Below are positions 12,721-25,189 of a stretch of DNA of 64,000 nt, in pieces. Each line of letters begins with the position of its first letter. The first letter of the stretch is position 1. Location: the NCBI GenBank assembly GCA_028534125.1, contig JAPYYK010000093.1, positions 620,001 through 684,000 on the forward strand, written 5' to 3'. A model generated the notes under the pieces. The model made no database searches. It was not told the origin of the DNA and was given only the letters and a program-made list of their open reading frames with translations. A program made the position numbers and the translations under genes. The DNA comes from Lama glama (Eukaryota).

Positions 12721-13639
12721 AACAATAAAGCTGCTGCCTTCCCTGCTCACCCTCCCTGGCCCCACCCTCGAGGATTTTTTCTTCTCTATCAAACTCCTTC
12801 CAAGAGTTGCCTGCACCCCAGCCACCACTTCCTCTCCATGCATACACTCCTAAACATGCATGCCCACCCACAGGAGTGTGCCCCTTAAATCCACACCCCC
12901 AGCTGGTACTCGCACATGCTCACACACACGCACACACACAAATGGTAAACAAAATATAATTCATTTGTAAAGGAGACTCCAGTTGTGCCATCCATCTTAA
13001 GCCAAAATTCAATACTTCCCAGAGCGGTCCACCGGGCCTTGATGAATGGACAGTACAAAAGGCTCCATCCCACGCGCCCTGCTCTCTGGAATAACAGAAC
13101 GCCAGCCCCCAGGGGCCCCGCGGGATACAGAGGCAGGGCAGCGGCCTGGCCATCTAGAGAGGTGGTTCAAACAGTCTGGCTCACCAGGAGGGGCCAGAAC
13201 TACTGGAACAGGAACTACTCTGATTTCAGCCTCCCATCTGTTCAGACAGGATTCAGACAGTCCCTCTCTGATTCTCTACTTTTTCTCTGGATCTTTTGGA
13301 GCCAGTGCAGCCTGACCTGAGGGTGAGATGAGGCCCCTTCAACTACCTGGACGCCAGCCCCCACCTCAATTCCACTCTCCCATCCTCAGCCTCTCCCCGT
13401 CTCTCAGACACCCCCTCTGAAACAAAAGTTCCCCATCCCTGCCTGCATCCATCTCTTTAGAGCCTGTGGCTACCTCCCAAATAACCCCTGACCTTTGCGT
13501 AAGCAGTTCCCCACCCCAGATCATCATTCCTTCCCTTCCTAATCTGGAGTTCTCCACATGATTCAAAGCCCAGCTCAAATGCCCTTCCTCCAGGAAGCCA
13601 GCCCTAACTCTCCTGGGAACAGCCTAAGCCCTAGACAGT

Positions 13640-14360
13640 GAGGGTGTCTGGAGCCACGAGGCGCGACTCAGTGAGCGAGGGCCCACCACGCAGGTCTCCG
13701 CAGGCCGAGGACGGGGATCAGATGCAACCCACGCCGGGGGTGGGGGGCATGCAAGGGATTAAGGGGAGCAGCGTGGCGAACGTGAGCTACCTGGCTGTGG
13801 CTTTGCAAGGCTGCTGCCGCGCCTTTCCCCCACCCTCAGCCTGAGTGAGCAGCCCGGCGTCGCTGTCGGCGCCCCGCGCCGCCGCGTTAGCTGCGGCGCT
13901 CGCTGCTGAGCGAACATTCCTCCGCTCGCTCGCTCGGGGGAGTTTTACGGCCCGCGGTGCTTCCTCCGCAATGGCCTGTGCTGTTTACGAACCCCTCTCC
14001 GGCTTGGAAATAGACTNNNNNNNNNNNNNNNNNNNNNNNNNNNNNNNNNNNNNNNNNNNNNNNNNNNNNNNNNNNNNNNNNNNNNNNNNNNNNNNNNNNN
14101 NNNNNNNNNNNNNNNNNNNNNNNNNNNNNNNNNNNNNNNNNNNNNNNNNNNNNNNNGGCGGCTGCTCCGCGCATGTGCATCCGGCTAGGTGGCACTGCCC
14201 TCCTCTGCGGCGACCCCGGCTGCCCCCGCACCACTGCCCGCTGCCCGCAAGATACCGACGTCTGGGACACGGGGACGGGGTCGGGGCACATGTCAGGCCA
14301 ACAGAGCCGCCCAGGAGTCTGAGTCGTCTGAGACTGCTGCGAGGACTGGTAGCAGGGGTA
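13640..14360. promoter_or_regulatory. Orphan CpG island, interrupted by an assembly gap
   Basis: Sharp local rise in CpG and GC content; no recognisable coding exon. Confidence 0.75.
14017..14156. other. Assembly gap inside the CpG island
   Basis: N run. Confidence 1.
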
Positions 14361-15319
14361 CCAGGACGCCAATTGGTTCCAGTCGCCTCCCAAGTCTTTT
14401 CCGTCCGCAATTCCATCAGCAGTGCCTCACCTCCAGATCCTCCTTTGAAGTCCAGGTGCTTCTGGATGAAGCTCCCATTGGTGCCTGGGGCTGCATTCAG
14501 TTGGGGCTAAGTGGGGCTGGGACGTTTATTCCTTCTTCCTTTCATGCATTCAGCCACCAAAGGTGTCAGAGCACCTGCTCTGAACCAGGCCCTATGCTGG
14601 GCGCTTGGCATGGGGGACGCTGAGCAAGACAAGTGATGTGGTTCCTTTCCATCCTAGCCCTGCCCTCCCCTTCACACCACTGAAGAAGCAAACAGACCAG
14701 GGCAGGGAGGAGGGATAACTGGGCATGAGAAGACCTCAGTCACCTGTGAGTACAGCCTGATCCACACATTCCCCAGGCCAGCCCTCCCCCTGCAGTAGGG
14801 GGGCCATCTCCCTGCCACCAGGGAGCAGGGGAGCCTGGCAGACGGAGCGCCTGCTAGACCAGGATTCACATGTGACCTTGTCAGTTTCTTCCTTTTCTGG
14901 GCCTCACTGTCTCCATCTGGAACATGGGTCCAGCACCAAGGTGAGCTAATATTACTGACCAAGGCTGGGGCTGCCCATCCCAACCTTTAGGAGTACCAGG
15001 CTTGCCAGCATCCAATGACCCACCCCAAGACAAGCTGCTACATCCCTGAGATCAAATTACACTGCCCTTAGTAGCTGTGGGATCTTGGGCTCATCTCTTC
15101 CCTCTCTGGAGCTGCTGGTGGTCCCTACTTCATAAGGTTGTGCTGGGGATCAAATGGCATGAGGAAGCTCAGCTCCTGAAACCCAGTAAGGACTCCATTG
15201 ATGGAGAACTCAGAGGGCTCAGAGATGGGAAATGTGGGTTTGGGTGAAAAGTCCCAAAGGGTGGGGAAAAACTGGGCCCCTGGCCTCCCTGCCCACTGGG
15301 TATACGGTTACACATTCAC

Positions 15320-15490
15320 CCAGAACCCCTGTGAGCCTCACAGTAGCCCTGTGAGGGGTCATGCAGAAACTATGGTTTGCTCCCATTTTACAGATGAGAA
15401 AGTGGGAGCTTAGAGAAAGGAAGGATCTTGCCCAAGGCACATAGCAAGAGAGAAGGAGACCTAGAATAGGGCCCAGGCCTACCAAGTCTA
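15320..15490 (-). mobile_element. MIR SINE
   Basis: cccattttacagatgagaaagtgggagcttagaga...cttgcccaaggcacatagc. Confidence 0.85.
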
Positions 15491-15789
15491 GGTTGGGGGG
15501 GTGCCTACAGTCATTGAGTGGGTCAAGAGGAAGAGAGGGCACATCTGGCAGGCACACCTGCTGGGAGCAAAGGCCTGGAGGCAGAAACATACGTGACATA
15601 GGCTGGGGGAAATGGAGGTCAGATTCAGTTTTGAAACTCCCCAGGAACTTGGCTCTGGCTTGTCTGTGACCGAGCAAAATGTGGGAGGGGCCTCTACAGA
15701 GTTGTGCCTTACAGAGAAGGGAAAACCAGAAGCCTTGTGGGCAGACACCCAGGGAAGGACTTAGATTAGGGCAGATGCAAAGAGGGGCT

Positions 15790-15960
15790 TGGGCAGACAG
15801 AGGGGCAAAAAAATCAGACTAGGAGACACTGACAGGCTGGCAAATAGGCAGACAGGGAGACAGATGGGTAGATTGAGAGAGGCACAGATAGATGGGTAGA
15901 CAATGGACAGATGGATAAACAAATGGACAGACCAATGAACTGACAGAGAGAGAGAGCACT
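15790..15960 (+). repeat. Degenerate (GACA/GATG)n tetranucleotide tract
   Basis: Direct inspection. Confidence 0.75.
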
Positions 15961-16484
15961 GAACAGGATTCAGCAGAGCCAAGAGGAGGAAGGGCAGCCC
16001 AGGCAGAAGTACTTGTGTGGACAGTGGATCAGAGGTGAGGCTGAGAGTGACCTCTGGCCTTTGGGCAGTCAGGGAGGAGACTGACATCCTATTACAGTAA
16101 ATCTCAGAGGTGCAGGCCCCTGAGGAAAGCAGGGTTGGGTAGTGAGTGGTTGGGAAGTGGGAGAGGAGGTAGGTAGTTGCATCCCCACCAACCACAGGCT
16201 GCTGTCCCACAACAGGACAAAGGCAGTTCTCAGGTGGATCCGGTCATTCACATCCCCCAGGGATCACAGCACCCACAGCCCTGCACAGTTAGCTGGTGCC
16301 CAGTGTGCATTTGGAAGATGGACTTGGATCACAATGCCTTCTCTGCACCAAGAGCCAGCTGTGCAGCCGGCCTCTGGAGCAAGGCTGTGACTACCCAGGG
16401 CCGACTGGGGCAGGCGGTGGGCAAGCCTCGGCCACTCGGAGGAAGCCAGCTGCAGCCACAGCACAGGGAGCCTCCGTAGGGGCC

Positions 16485-16690
16485 TGGACCAATTAGGAAA
16501 GAAGGGGAGGCAGCAATAATTAAAAATTAAAAGCCAACAAGACAGCAGTTTAAAAATGGAAGGAGTGAGTGAAAACAATTAGCAGAGATGAGGCAACAGG
16601 GCGGGCACGATACAAATGGAGCTGATCACAAAGCACTAATGACATCGGAAACCTAATTTTTACAGTGTCAGGACTTTGTGATGAAGCACT
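16485..16690. promoter_or_regulatory. Putative enhancer (homeodomain-motif-rich island)
   Basis: CAATTA twice, TAATTA, CTAATG, CTAATT and TGTCA in a 200-bp AT-rich, non-repeat-like block. Confidence 0.45.
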
Positions 16691-16961
16691 CGGCCTGCTC
16701 CCCTGAACCAGGCCTCGTGTTGTCTGGGGGCCGTGGGACTCAATCTTCCTCTATGCACTGCAGAGGAGCCTGAATGGAGGGGCCAGGAGGGAGAGGGTAT
16801 GGGCTGGTGGGGACTCTTGGAGGCAGGGAGGCCAAGCAAAAGTGCTGGGGGTGCCGAGAAGGAGGCCAGGAAACCGAGGCACAAGCCTTGCGTGGGGGAC
16901 AGATATTGCCCCCTTAGTGTCCCCACCAACAAGGCAGCGGTGGTGAAGTCACAGTCCTCCA

Positions 16962-17213
16962 NNNNNNNNNNNNNNNNNNNNNNNNNNNNNNNNNNNNNNN
17001 NNNNNNNNNNNNNNNNNNNNNNNNNNNNNNNNNNNNNNNNNNNNNNNNNNNNNNNNNNNNNNNNNNNNNNNNNNNNNNNNNNNNNNNNNNNNNNNNNNNN
17101 NNNNNNNNNNNNNNNNNNNNNNNNNNNNNNNNNNNNNNNNNNNNNNNNNNNNNNNNNNNNNNNNNNNNNNNNNNNNNNNNNNNNNNNNNNNNNNNNNNNN
17201 NNNNNNNNNNNNN
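16962..17213. other. Assembly gap
   Basis: N run. Confidence 1.
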
Positions 17214-18019
17214 TGGGGTGGGACTTGGGAGAGCTCTGATTCAGGAGGCTTGGGTCTCCCACCCCACACCTAGGAGCCCCAGGGGCGCCCTCATCTCACA
17301 GAAGAGAGAAGGATACCAAGGTCTCTAAGGAAAGTCTAGACCCCGCTTTGCCTCCTAGTGTCTCTTGGGTCCTGCCTTCAGGCTGACCACTCACCTCCTC
17401 TCTTCTTGGTCCCCTGTGTTGGAATGGCCCCCCTTCACCTTGACAGCTCTTGCCACACAGTCTAGGATGGACCTGGAGCCTCCCCTGAGCCCCGTCACTC
17501 CCCTGAGCCTCCACGTGCTCTCTGTGCCATTTCCTGGCCCCTCCTGGCTGGTCTTATGTCTCCTGTCCCTCGTCCCGAATGGCACGGCAGTGGAGGTGGA
17601 GAAGAGGGCTCAGTAAACCCTTACTGACTGACTCGTCGGTTCCATCAGAGGTGGGGGATGGAGAAGGATGCAGACAGTCTATGGATCTGATGCCCAGAAG
17701 GTGCAGGCTGAGCCTCTCCAATACCCTCCTCCGAGTCCAGATGTCTACAGTCTCAGCCGCGCTTCCCATCCCCATTTTTCTCCCCTGCCCCAGCTCTGGC
17801 TGCAGCCCTTCTACACTCTGGAAATGGCTCAGGCCAAGGCCACCAAAGACCCCATCAGGCAGATCACGTGGCAAGCTTTTCTTAACCCCAGGGCCTTTGC
17901 TCATGCTATTCTCTCTGCTGAGAAAAATTTTTTCCTCTTACTTGACCCGACCAAGCATAGAGGGTACTCTCACCCTTCAGGTCATGAATTAGGAGGCAGA
18001 AACTATGACTCATGCTCCT

Positions 18020-18410
18020 CCAGTCTCAAAACAATTTATTGGCACAAGTAACTGAAGAGTCCAGATCATGAGATTCAGGTATGGCTGGATACAGGTACTC
18101 AAACATTATTACCAGAACACAGCCTCTCTATCTTGTACTTCTTTGAGTGTAAACTTCATGTCCAGTCAGGCCCTCCCATGTCGTTCCCTCTCTATATACC
18201 TCATACCTGCCCCTAGCAGAAGCCCTAGCATCAAATAGATCACATGCCCATCCCAGAAATTCACTATAGTCCTAGAGATGAAGGAAGCTAAATGGCCAGG
18301 CCTGTGTCAAACCAGAGAGATGGGGGGGGGCATATGTTTATCCCCAGACCATGGAGAGAGAATGATGGAGTCAGGGATTCCCCAGGGACAACTGGGAGTG
18401 CACAGCTGAG
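18020..18410. mobile_element. Old MLT1-type (MaLR) LTR
   Basis: aatttattggc...gtaactgaagagtccag...ttcaggtatggctggatacaggtactcaaac and gatcacatgcccatcc motifs resemble the MLT1J/K group. Confidence 0.65.
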
Positions 18411-18773
18411 CCGGCCCCACCTCTACTGAGCATAAACAGGGTCTTAACTCCCCTTTCCTTGATTAATTCCTTGAGGGCTGACCCTCTTATTTTCTGGCCC
18501 CCTCTAGGCTGTAAACCCAGAGGCAGGAACTAGGCTGTCTTTTTCACTATGGCATCCCGCTTAGTGCACATAAGTGATGGGGAGCCCCTCATGTTACAGT
18601 TGGGGAAATTGAGGCAGGGACTTGGCCAAGATCACACATGTATGTTCATGTTAAGTTGCCCTATGCTCTGCTACTCACATCATCTCCATTGCTCCCTCCA
18701 CCAACCCCTCCTCCCAGTATCTGTCTTGCCAAACCCGGAATCTGGTGCTTAGTGGGTGCTCAGGGCATATCAC

Positions 18774-18804
18774 TGAATGAATGAATGAATGAATGAATGA
18801 ATGA
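18774..18804 (+). repeat. (TGAA)n microsatellite, probable L2 tail
   Basis: Direct inspection. Confidence 0.9.
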
Positions 18805-19494
18805 CTTTCTAGTGATAGGGGCTTTCACACATGGGGCCAGTTCTTCTGTGTGCAAGATGTGGTAGGTCAAAAAGACCCCCCGGGCACCTGGGGCAGAGCC
18901 TAGGACCAGCATTGCCCATGGAGTAGGTCGTGGAGCATCCTGGAAGCTGGGTGGTATGTCTGTGTCCTGATGGCTGGCCCTGCCCCGCCAGGGGAGGACC
19001 CCTGGGAAGCTGAGAGGACACAAGTGTGTCCTCCTGCCCTCCTTGGGCCTCCTTTCCATGCTTTCCATTCTCTATGCCACCACCCAGTCCTGTCCTGGCC
19101 CTCTGGTCTGTGACCTCGGTCATAGTTCCTTTCCCCTTCCCTCAGCTTCTCTCTTGTCCCCAGGGAGCATTCCACAGCTGTCTCTGGCAGCCACCCCCTC
19201 CCACCCTGCCCTGCCAACTCCCCAGCCCCTCCCCACCCTGCCTCCATCTCCTGCAGCCCTGCTGTCCCTCAGCCGAGTACAGCTGCTTTCCTCCAAGAAG
19301 TTAAGTTGAACTGATCAGCTGTTTAATGACCTGATGTGCTCATGGTCCACATGGCCCATTAGCAGAGATGGCTGAGGTGGTGCGCAGGTGGACAGCTGGG
19401 ATGTCTCAGTGCCTGGGTGGACACCTGCCTGCCCACCTGGGGGCACAGCAGTGTAGGTACGCTTCCTGGAGAGGCCAGGGCAACAGGAGAGGAC

Positions 19495-19496
19495 TG

Positions 19497-19534
<38 letters not shown>
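19495..19534. repeat. (CG)n(CA)n alternating purine-pyrimidine microsatellite
   Basis: Direct inspection. Confidence 0.95.
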
Positions 19535-19535
<1 letters not shown>

Positions 19536-20404
19536 CTTGCTGAGTCTCCTCATGCATAAACACACGCAGCCATGTCCCCACATCCCACATGGTTGGCCGT
19601 GTGGCCTCCCCCACACACACACCCACTAGCTTACTGTGCTGCAGCCAACAGTGGTTATAACCATCTCTCCTGAGCCTGGCACTCAAGGCCACCATGATCA
19701 AGCCTCAACAGACCACTCCAGCCAGATCTCCTCAAGTGGTCCCTGGACACAAGGACAGAGGAGGAGAGGCTCTCCATCTCCATCCATTAGTCTGTCTATG
19801 TGTCTGTAGAGGTGCCCATCACTCTAGGGGAGCCCCCAGGGCAGACACTCTGAGATCCCTCTACAGGCGCCTTCTCTCTAAGCCTGAGCTGGGGTGCACT
19901 GTCCCTCGCCCTCTCTCAACCTGTCCTGGGCAGCACCTGGGCTCTGACTTGCCCTGAGCTGATGCTCAGCACTGGAGGAGGCAGAACTCAGAGGAAAATG
20001 AGGCCTCACTGAGCACCTATTCTGTGCAAGGCTTTCACATCACTGTTGCATCTGGTCCTTGTCACTGTCCTAGTCACCCTGTCCCTGCCTGCACATCTTG
20101 CATCCCGCTCCTCTCATGGACAAAGAACGAGGTCCTCAGGGAGTGCCCTTCCCCAGTCACACCCAGCTTGCCTAATCTCCTCCAGTGTTCCTCGGCTGTT
20201 TTGCAGGCTCAGGGATAAATCTCAGTTGCATCTCTTCTCTGGACCAGACAGGAGTCTGGGCGGGGGGCAGAGTGTCCTTTTTGCTCACCACTAGCCCAGG
20301 CTCATCTTGCCACACTCAGCTGTGATACTCTGGTCTTGCCCTTTATGGGAGAAGTCCACAAGCCAGGCAGTTCCTCAGGTCCTCACAGGCCCTGAAGCAG
20401 AGGT

Positions 20405-20520
20405 GCCTCATGATCCCATTTTGCAGATGCAGAAAGTGAGACGTTGAGAGTTTAAGCAACTCACTTGCGAGTAAGCTCACAACAGAAGTGGCTGAGGTGA
20501 GAACTGACCCTGGGTCAGGT
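20405..20520 (-). mobile_element. MIR SINE
   Basis: cccattttgcagatgcagaaagtgaga...agagtttaagcaact. Confidence 0.7.
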
Positions 20521-20984
20521 CATCAACAAGGCTGGCTGACACCCTACACCTCTGATACAGAAGGGAAGGCTGAAAGCCCGAGGCCAAGAAAGCTGCATGC
20601 TGGCCCCAAGCTCACAGACTGCGGTATTCAGTGCACGGTGTTCTTTCAGGAGGACAAAGCCTCCCCCTGAGGATTTCCTGAGGCTCGGACTCCAGATTGC
20701 AGGGAGCATGTAGCCTGCTGGGGCTGGGATGCGAACCCTTCCAGGCCACAGCTCATATTTGCATCTGGTAATGGGCTCCTTACTAGGCCCTTCTATCTCC
20801 ACTGTCAAACGGCCTCCAGGGGCTTCTCTTTGTGGGGTGTCATTAGCTGTTCTTCCCCTTGGGAGGGAAGTGGCCAAAGGGGTCTTTGTCCAGTGGCCTT
20901 GAAAACTGACCTTGGAAGAGTGAGTACAATGGCCACTGTCCACAGCCCCTTCAACTCCTTTTTCTCCCTAAGGGTGGGCGTGGC

Positions 20985-21154
20985 AGGGAGAGGAAGAAGG
21001 AAGGGGAGGGAGAAAAGAGAAGGGAGGAGGGAGAGGAAGAGATTGGGGGAAGATAGGGAGGAGGGAAAGGAGGCGGGGAACGGGGGAGGAGAGAGGGAAG
21101 GAGGAGGAAGGTGTAGGGAGAGAGGAGGAGGGAGGGAAGAGGAGGAGAGGAGGA
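20985..21154 (+). repeat. GA-rich polypurine low-complexity tract
   Basis: ~170 nt almost entirely G/A. Confidence 0.9.
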
Positions 21155-22779
21155 CGCACCAACCTGACCTGCAGAGAGGCTGGAGGGAGGGGGAGGCTGG
21201 CCGCAGGGGAGGCAGCGATGGCTGCAGGAGACAGATAAGGTTGGGGAGAAAGACACGCTCCACTGATGGGAGCGCAGGGATTAGGGGCTCCAAGGGCCTG
21301 TCCTGGGCCTGTGGGTGGAAACTCGGGAAGAAGAGAAGCTGCCCTAATGAGAAGGGAGGAGAGAGAAGAGTGATCCCACTTCATGGGACCCCTGTGCCCT
21401 TTGTGAGTGATGAAAAAGGCCCAGGCCCCTGGCCCCAGGCAGGGCAGCATGGAAGATCCCCTGAGCTCAGGGCCCACCCCCAATCAAAGATGACAAGTCA
21501 TGGCTGTGGCCCGTCCTCTGCATGCCACCCTGACATCCTCACACCCTGGCAGGCGTATGCCAGCCCATGGCGGCAGCAGGGACTGTCCCTACCCTGATGG
21601 ACCCTGGCGACCCTTCACATATGTGTCCACAGCAATGTCCTCACACACTCACAGCCACACAGGTCTCTCAGATCCCCATATTCTGCCTGGTGCCTGTGGC
21701 CTCTCACCTGGGGCAGGTGAAGACATGCCCGTACCATCCAGGCTGCGCCCATTGCCAAGTGAGGGAAGAGCCCTGCGCCGCACACTGTCATTCTCAGCAG
21801 TAGATTCTGAGGACACCTCTGTCCTCAGCCTCTGAGGCAGGATGAGGCAGGCCCCTTATGGAGGCCCCTGGGTTCCTGGACCCCAAGCTAGAGGAGACCA
21901 GGCCTGAGGCTCCCTGAATTTGCACTGGTTGTGGGCCCGGGCCTGGAACCCAAGTCCCTCCTGGCCAGGGGAACACAGCTCTGCGTGGGTGGGGGTGGGG
22001 CCCTGGCCTTGCTTGCAGTGCTGTGCCCAGTACCCGACCCACGTGGGCGCACTGTGGGCACTCACAGATGTCTCGGGTGCATTTGTCCTGAGCTGTTTGA
22101 AGTTGGGTCTCCCAGGGGCTTGGTGGGAAGGGGTGCCGCTTCTAGGCCCAGGTAGAACTGTGCAGGGACCTGCCTGAGGCAACCTCCTCTCTGGGGGAGT
22201 CCAGCTGATGAGACTAAGAGTCAGGAAAGGTACTCAGTGTCAATGCTGTGGGATGAAGATAGGCCCTGTTGGCTGATAGCCTGGCTGCTGGGAGCAGGTG
22301 ATGGAGATAAATGGTCCCTGTCCTGGGTGGGGGTCAGGGCTGGGTGAGGCAGCCTTGGGCCTGACGGATGACTCAGGGCTGGGCCAGGAAGTCAGGGAGG
22401 GCTCCTGCAGTGGATCTGCCTGGGTAGCAGGAGCCCAGCTGTCCACAGCCTACCAAGGCTACCTACCACCTCCATGGGGGCTGAGGGTTTGGGGGACAGA
22501 GGGGCTGGCCCCACCCTGTCACAGGTGTGGAAGCTGAAGCCCTGGTGAGCCCTCACGTGCCCTGGGCCAAGCCCCCACCTGGGCAGGAAGTGGGTTTTCC
22601 TGGGTGCTTTTGTCAAGGAGACCAAAACCTCCTCATGAATACCTCAGGGTGAGGGCTGGCTGCTAGAGGCTGGCTCCAGGTCTCATTTGTTCTTTGTTCA
22701 TTCATTCATTCATTCATTCCCATGTCTGCCCTGGTGGTCTTTCTGGGCTGCTAGAAACTCGTCTCTACCCAGGGAGGCC

Positions 22780-23130
22780 AGGCCCTCTCTTCTGGCCTGG
22801 AATCTCCTTGCCCTTGTCACTCTCCTCCTGCCACACTGGCCGCCTGGCTGTTTCTCCAAGAAGCCTCTAGAACTTTACTTTTCCTGTTGTTGTTCCTATT
22901 CCACCTGGAACACCCCGACCCAAGTGCATGTGGCCAGCAACCCCTGACATTCAGATGCTTCGGTGCCCTCCTCTCCTTGATTGCCCATCTGAAGCTGTCC
23001 CTGCCAATGTATATACATACAGTCCTGGTTTGTTTCCAGGTTTGTTTCCTTTAGAGCCTAAATATACCTTGTTTGTTGGTTCATTTGTTTGTCATCTGTC
23101 TCCCCTAGGCGTTGGGAGCCCAAAGGAGGA
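22780..23130 (+). mobile_element. L2 LINE 3' fragment
   Basis: gccacactggcc..ctggctgtttctc...tgttcctattccacctggaacacc...tttgtttgtcatctgtctccc. Confidence 0.6.
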
Positions 23131-24185
23131 GGCACCTCACCAAGCCCTGCCTGGGACCCAAGGTCTTAGCTGCTTTCTTTACTGGTCCATGAGTGCTCAG
23201 GTCCCCAGGGCCACTCAGGACAGTGTAAGGCAGGACCTGTTCATGGACCAGTAACAAGACTGTTGCCAGGGCAATGGGCTGCCCATCTCTGAGGGTCCCA
23301 CATAAAGGCTTAACGCTTTGGATCCAGGTTGTCAGACAGAGTCTAGATGGCCAGGAACCCAAGGACCCTACACACCCAGGAAGCAGGTTCCCCAAGCCCT
23401 GCCTGGGCTAGGCCCTGGTTCTGGAGCCCAGAGAGGATGCATGTGAAGGTTGACACCAAATCTGGTGCCTCCACCCCCAAGATGATGGAGATAAATGAGA
23501 AGTGCCTGGAGCTGTAGTGGATGACAAGGAGCCTGGTGCAGCCGAGGGATGCAGAGTTTGGGGACGAGATGCTGGAAGAACCTCTGATCCCTCCAGGACA
23601 TTGCCCTCTGTAGCAAGGAAGAGATGGACTCCACAGGTTGTTGTCGGGGGTGGGTATGGGGTTGACTTCAGCCTCAGCCCACGAAGGGGCAATGCCAGAG
23701 CATTTAATGCCACCCTGGTGCCAAATCCTGAGTGGGGGACCAGCTTGGGGCTGTGGAACCTCAGTCAGCAGTTGTGGCTCCTCTCCTCACCTACTCCACC
23801 TTATCTCCCTCTACCTGCCTAGCGTCCTCAGCCCCTAGGAAGGGTCTTCTTGGATACTGTCTAGGAATCAGTGGGCCTGGCTGGGGCATGGCTGTGGGTG
23901 CCTTGGGTAGTCAAATTCCTGAGAACCATCCTAGTAGCTCCCAATCTCTGTTCCTTCCATCCAGCTACTATCCCAACAGCCCCCTGGGGAGGTGCTGGGA
24001 TAGGAGCCACAAACCCCTTCTTCCTCGCGTATGGAAGGGGGGTCCTGTGTCTTGGAAAAGTGTGGCTCCATCTTTCCTCAGCTCCTTGGAGGTCCAAGAC
24101 CACTAGATAACCTTAGGGTCTCTGGAGATCAAGTTCACAGCTCCAAAGAGAAAGGATGGAATGGGGCTGAATATGACTTCCACTG

Positions 24186-24199
24186 CTGCCACCTGGTGG
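24186..24199 (-). promoter_or_regulatory. CTCF core motif CCACCAGGTGGCAG
   Basis: Perfect match to CCASYAGRKGGCRS on the minus strand. Confidence 0.7.
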
Positions 24200-25189
24200 T
24201 TGAAAGAGGCAAAGCACCTGCTATTGCAATTCCCAGAAGGAGGTGAGGGAAGGGCATGCCTTACGTTTGGGGGCAGAGGCACAGGTGAGTCAGATATACA
24301 TTCCCCCCGCCCCCGGCCCCCGCCAGTCCTCCACTAGTATCCTGGCCGGGAATATGGGCCTTCATTTGCCTTGGATCAGAGCCTCCCAAAATGCTCTCAG
24401 ACATATGCCCATCAGAACATTCCAGAATGCCTTCAAAGCAGATCTGGCATCAGAGATGGCCTGTTTGGCCTCCACTGTATTAAGGGAGGACCTAGGGCCT
24501 GAAGGACATCCAGGGCCACGCCTAATGGATCTTAATGGCAGAGAAGAGGGGAAGGAGTGGGAGCTGGGAGGGTAGTGGGGAGAAGGGGGAGCAGAGAGGT
24601 GGGTGCAGCCCAGCTGAGCCCTGCCTGTCCTGTCCTTGCCTCACTCATAAATGCAGCTGGTTCTCTTTGTAGGACCTGAAGTGAGTCCCATAAGGCTCTC
24701 CTCAGTGCCCACCGGTGTTGTAGTAACTCTCCTCCCTTCTCCAGAGCTGGGTGAGGGGGAAAGGGCTTGTTTAGGACCCAAAGGCCTCGGCCAATTGGCC
24801 TCAACAGAGGGTCCTCAGGAAGGAATAGATTTCCCTTCCTGCTACTCCTCAATTCCCCACAATTCTGCTGGCATCAAGGTTATTTCAAGGTCACCAAATC
24901 CACTGAAGGAATTATGATGTGGCAAGCAAAGTTAAAACTTGGTACCAAAAATGAACTTCTTGGAGTCCAAGGGGGAAAAAAAATCAAATACATCCCATCA
25001 AATGGACTTTTTCTTCTTTTTTCTCAACCTCCTGGTACATCCTACCCTGCCATCCTGTCCTACTAGGGCTGGTCTCCTGACACAGTTTGCCCCTCCCCAC
25101 CCACCACAGACCATGCTATTTCCCCAGTGGTACATTTCCTAAAGTCTCAATAATCATTCAGCCAAGAGTAACCTCCAAGAATAGATGAT

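Noticed and set aside
1-14400. CACNA2D2 exon 1 or 2 (expected leftwards by synteny)
   Set aside because: I found no translation resembling MAVPARTC.../FPQQHT or MQHWARRLEQE in the visible sequence; only a gap could hide it.
20805-21597. 255-aa Arg/Gly/Glu-rich ORF and its antisense Pro/Ser-rich ORFs
   Set aside because: Produced by the polypurine tract, which cannot contain stop codons; non-ATG start and no domain features.
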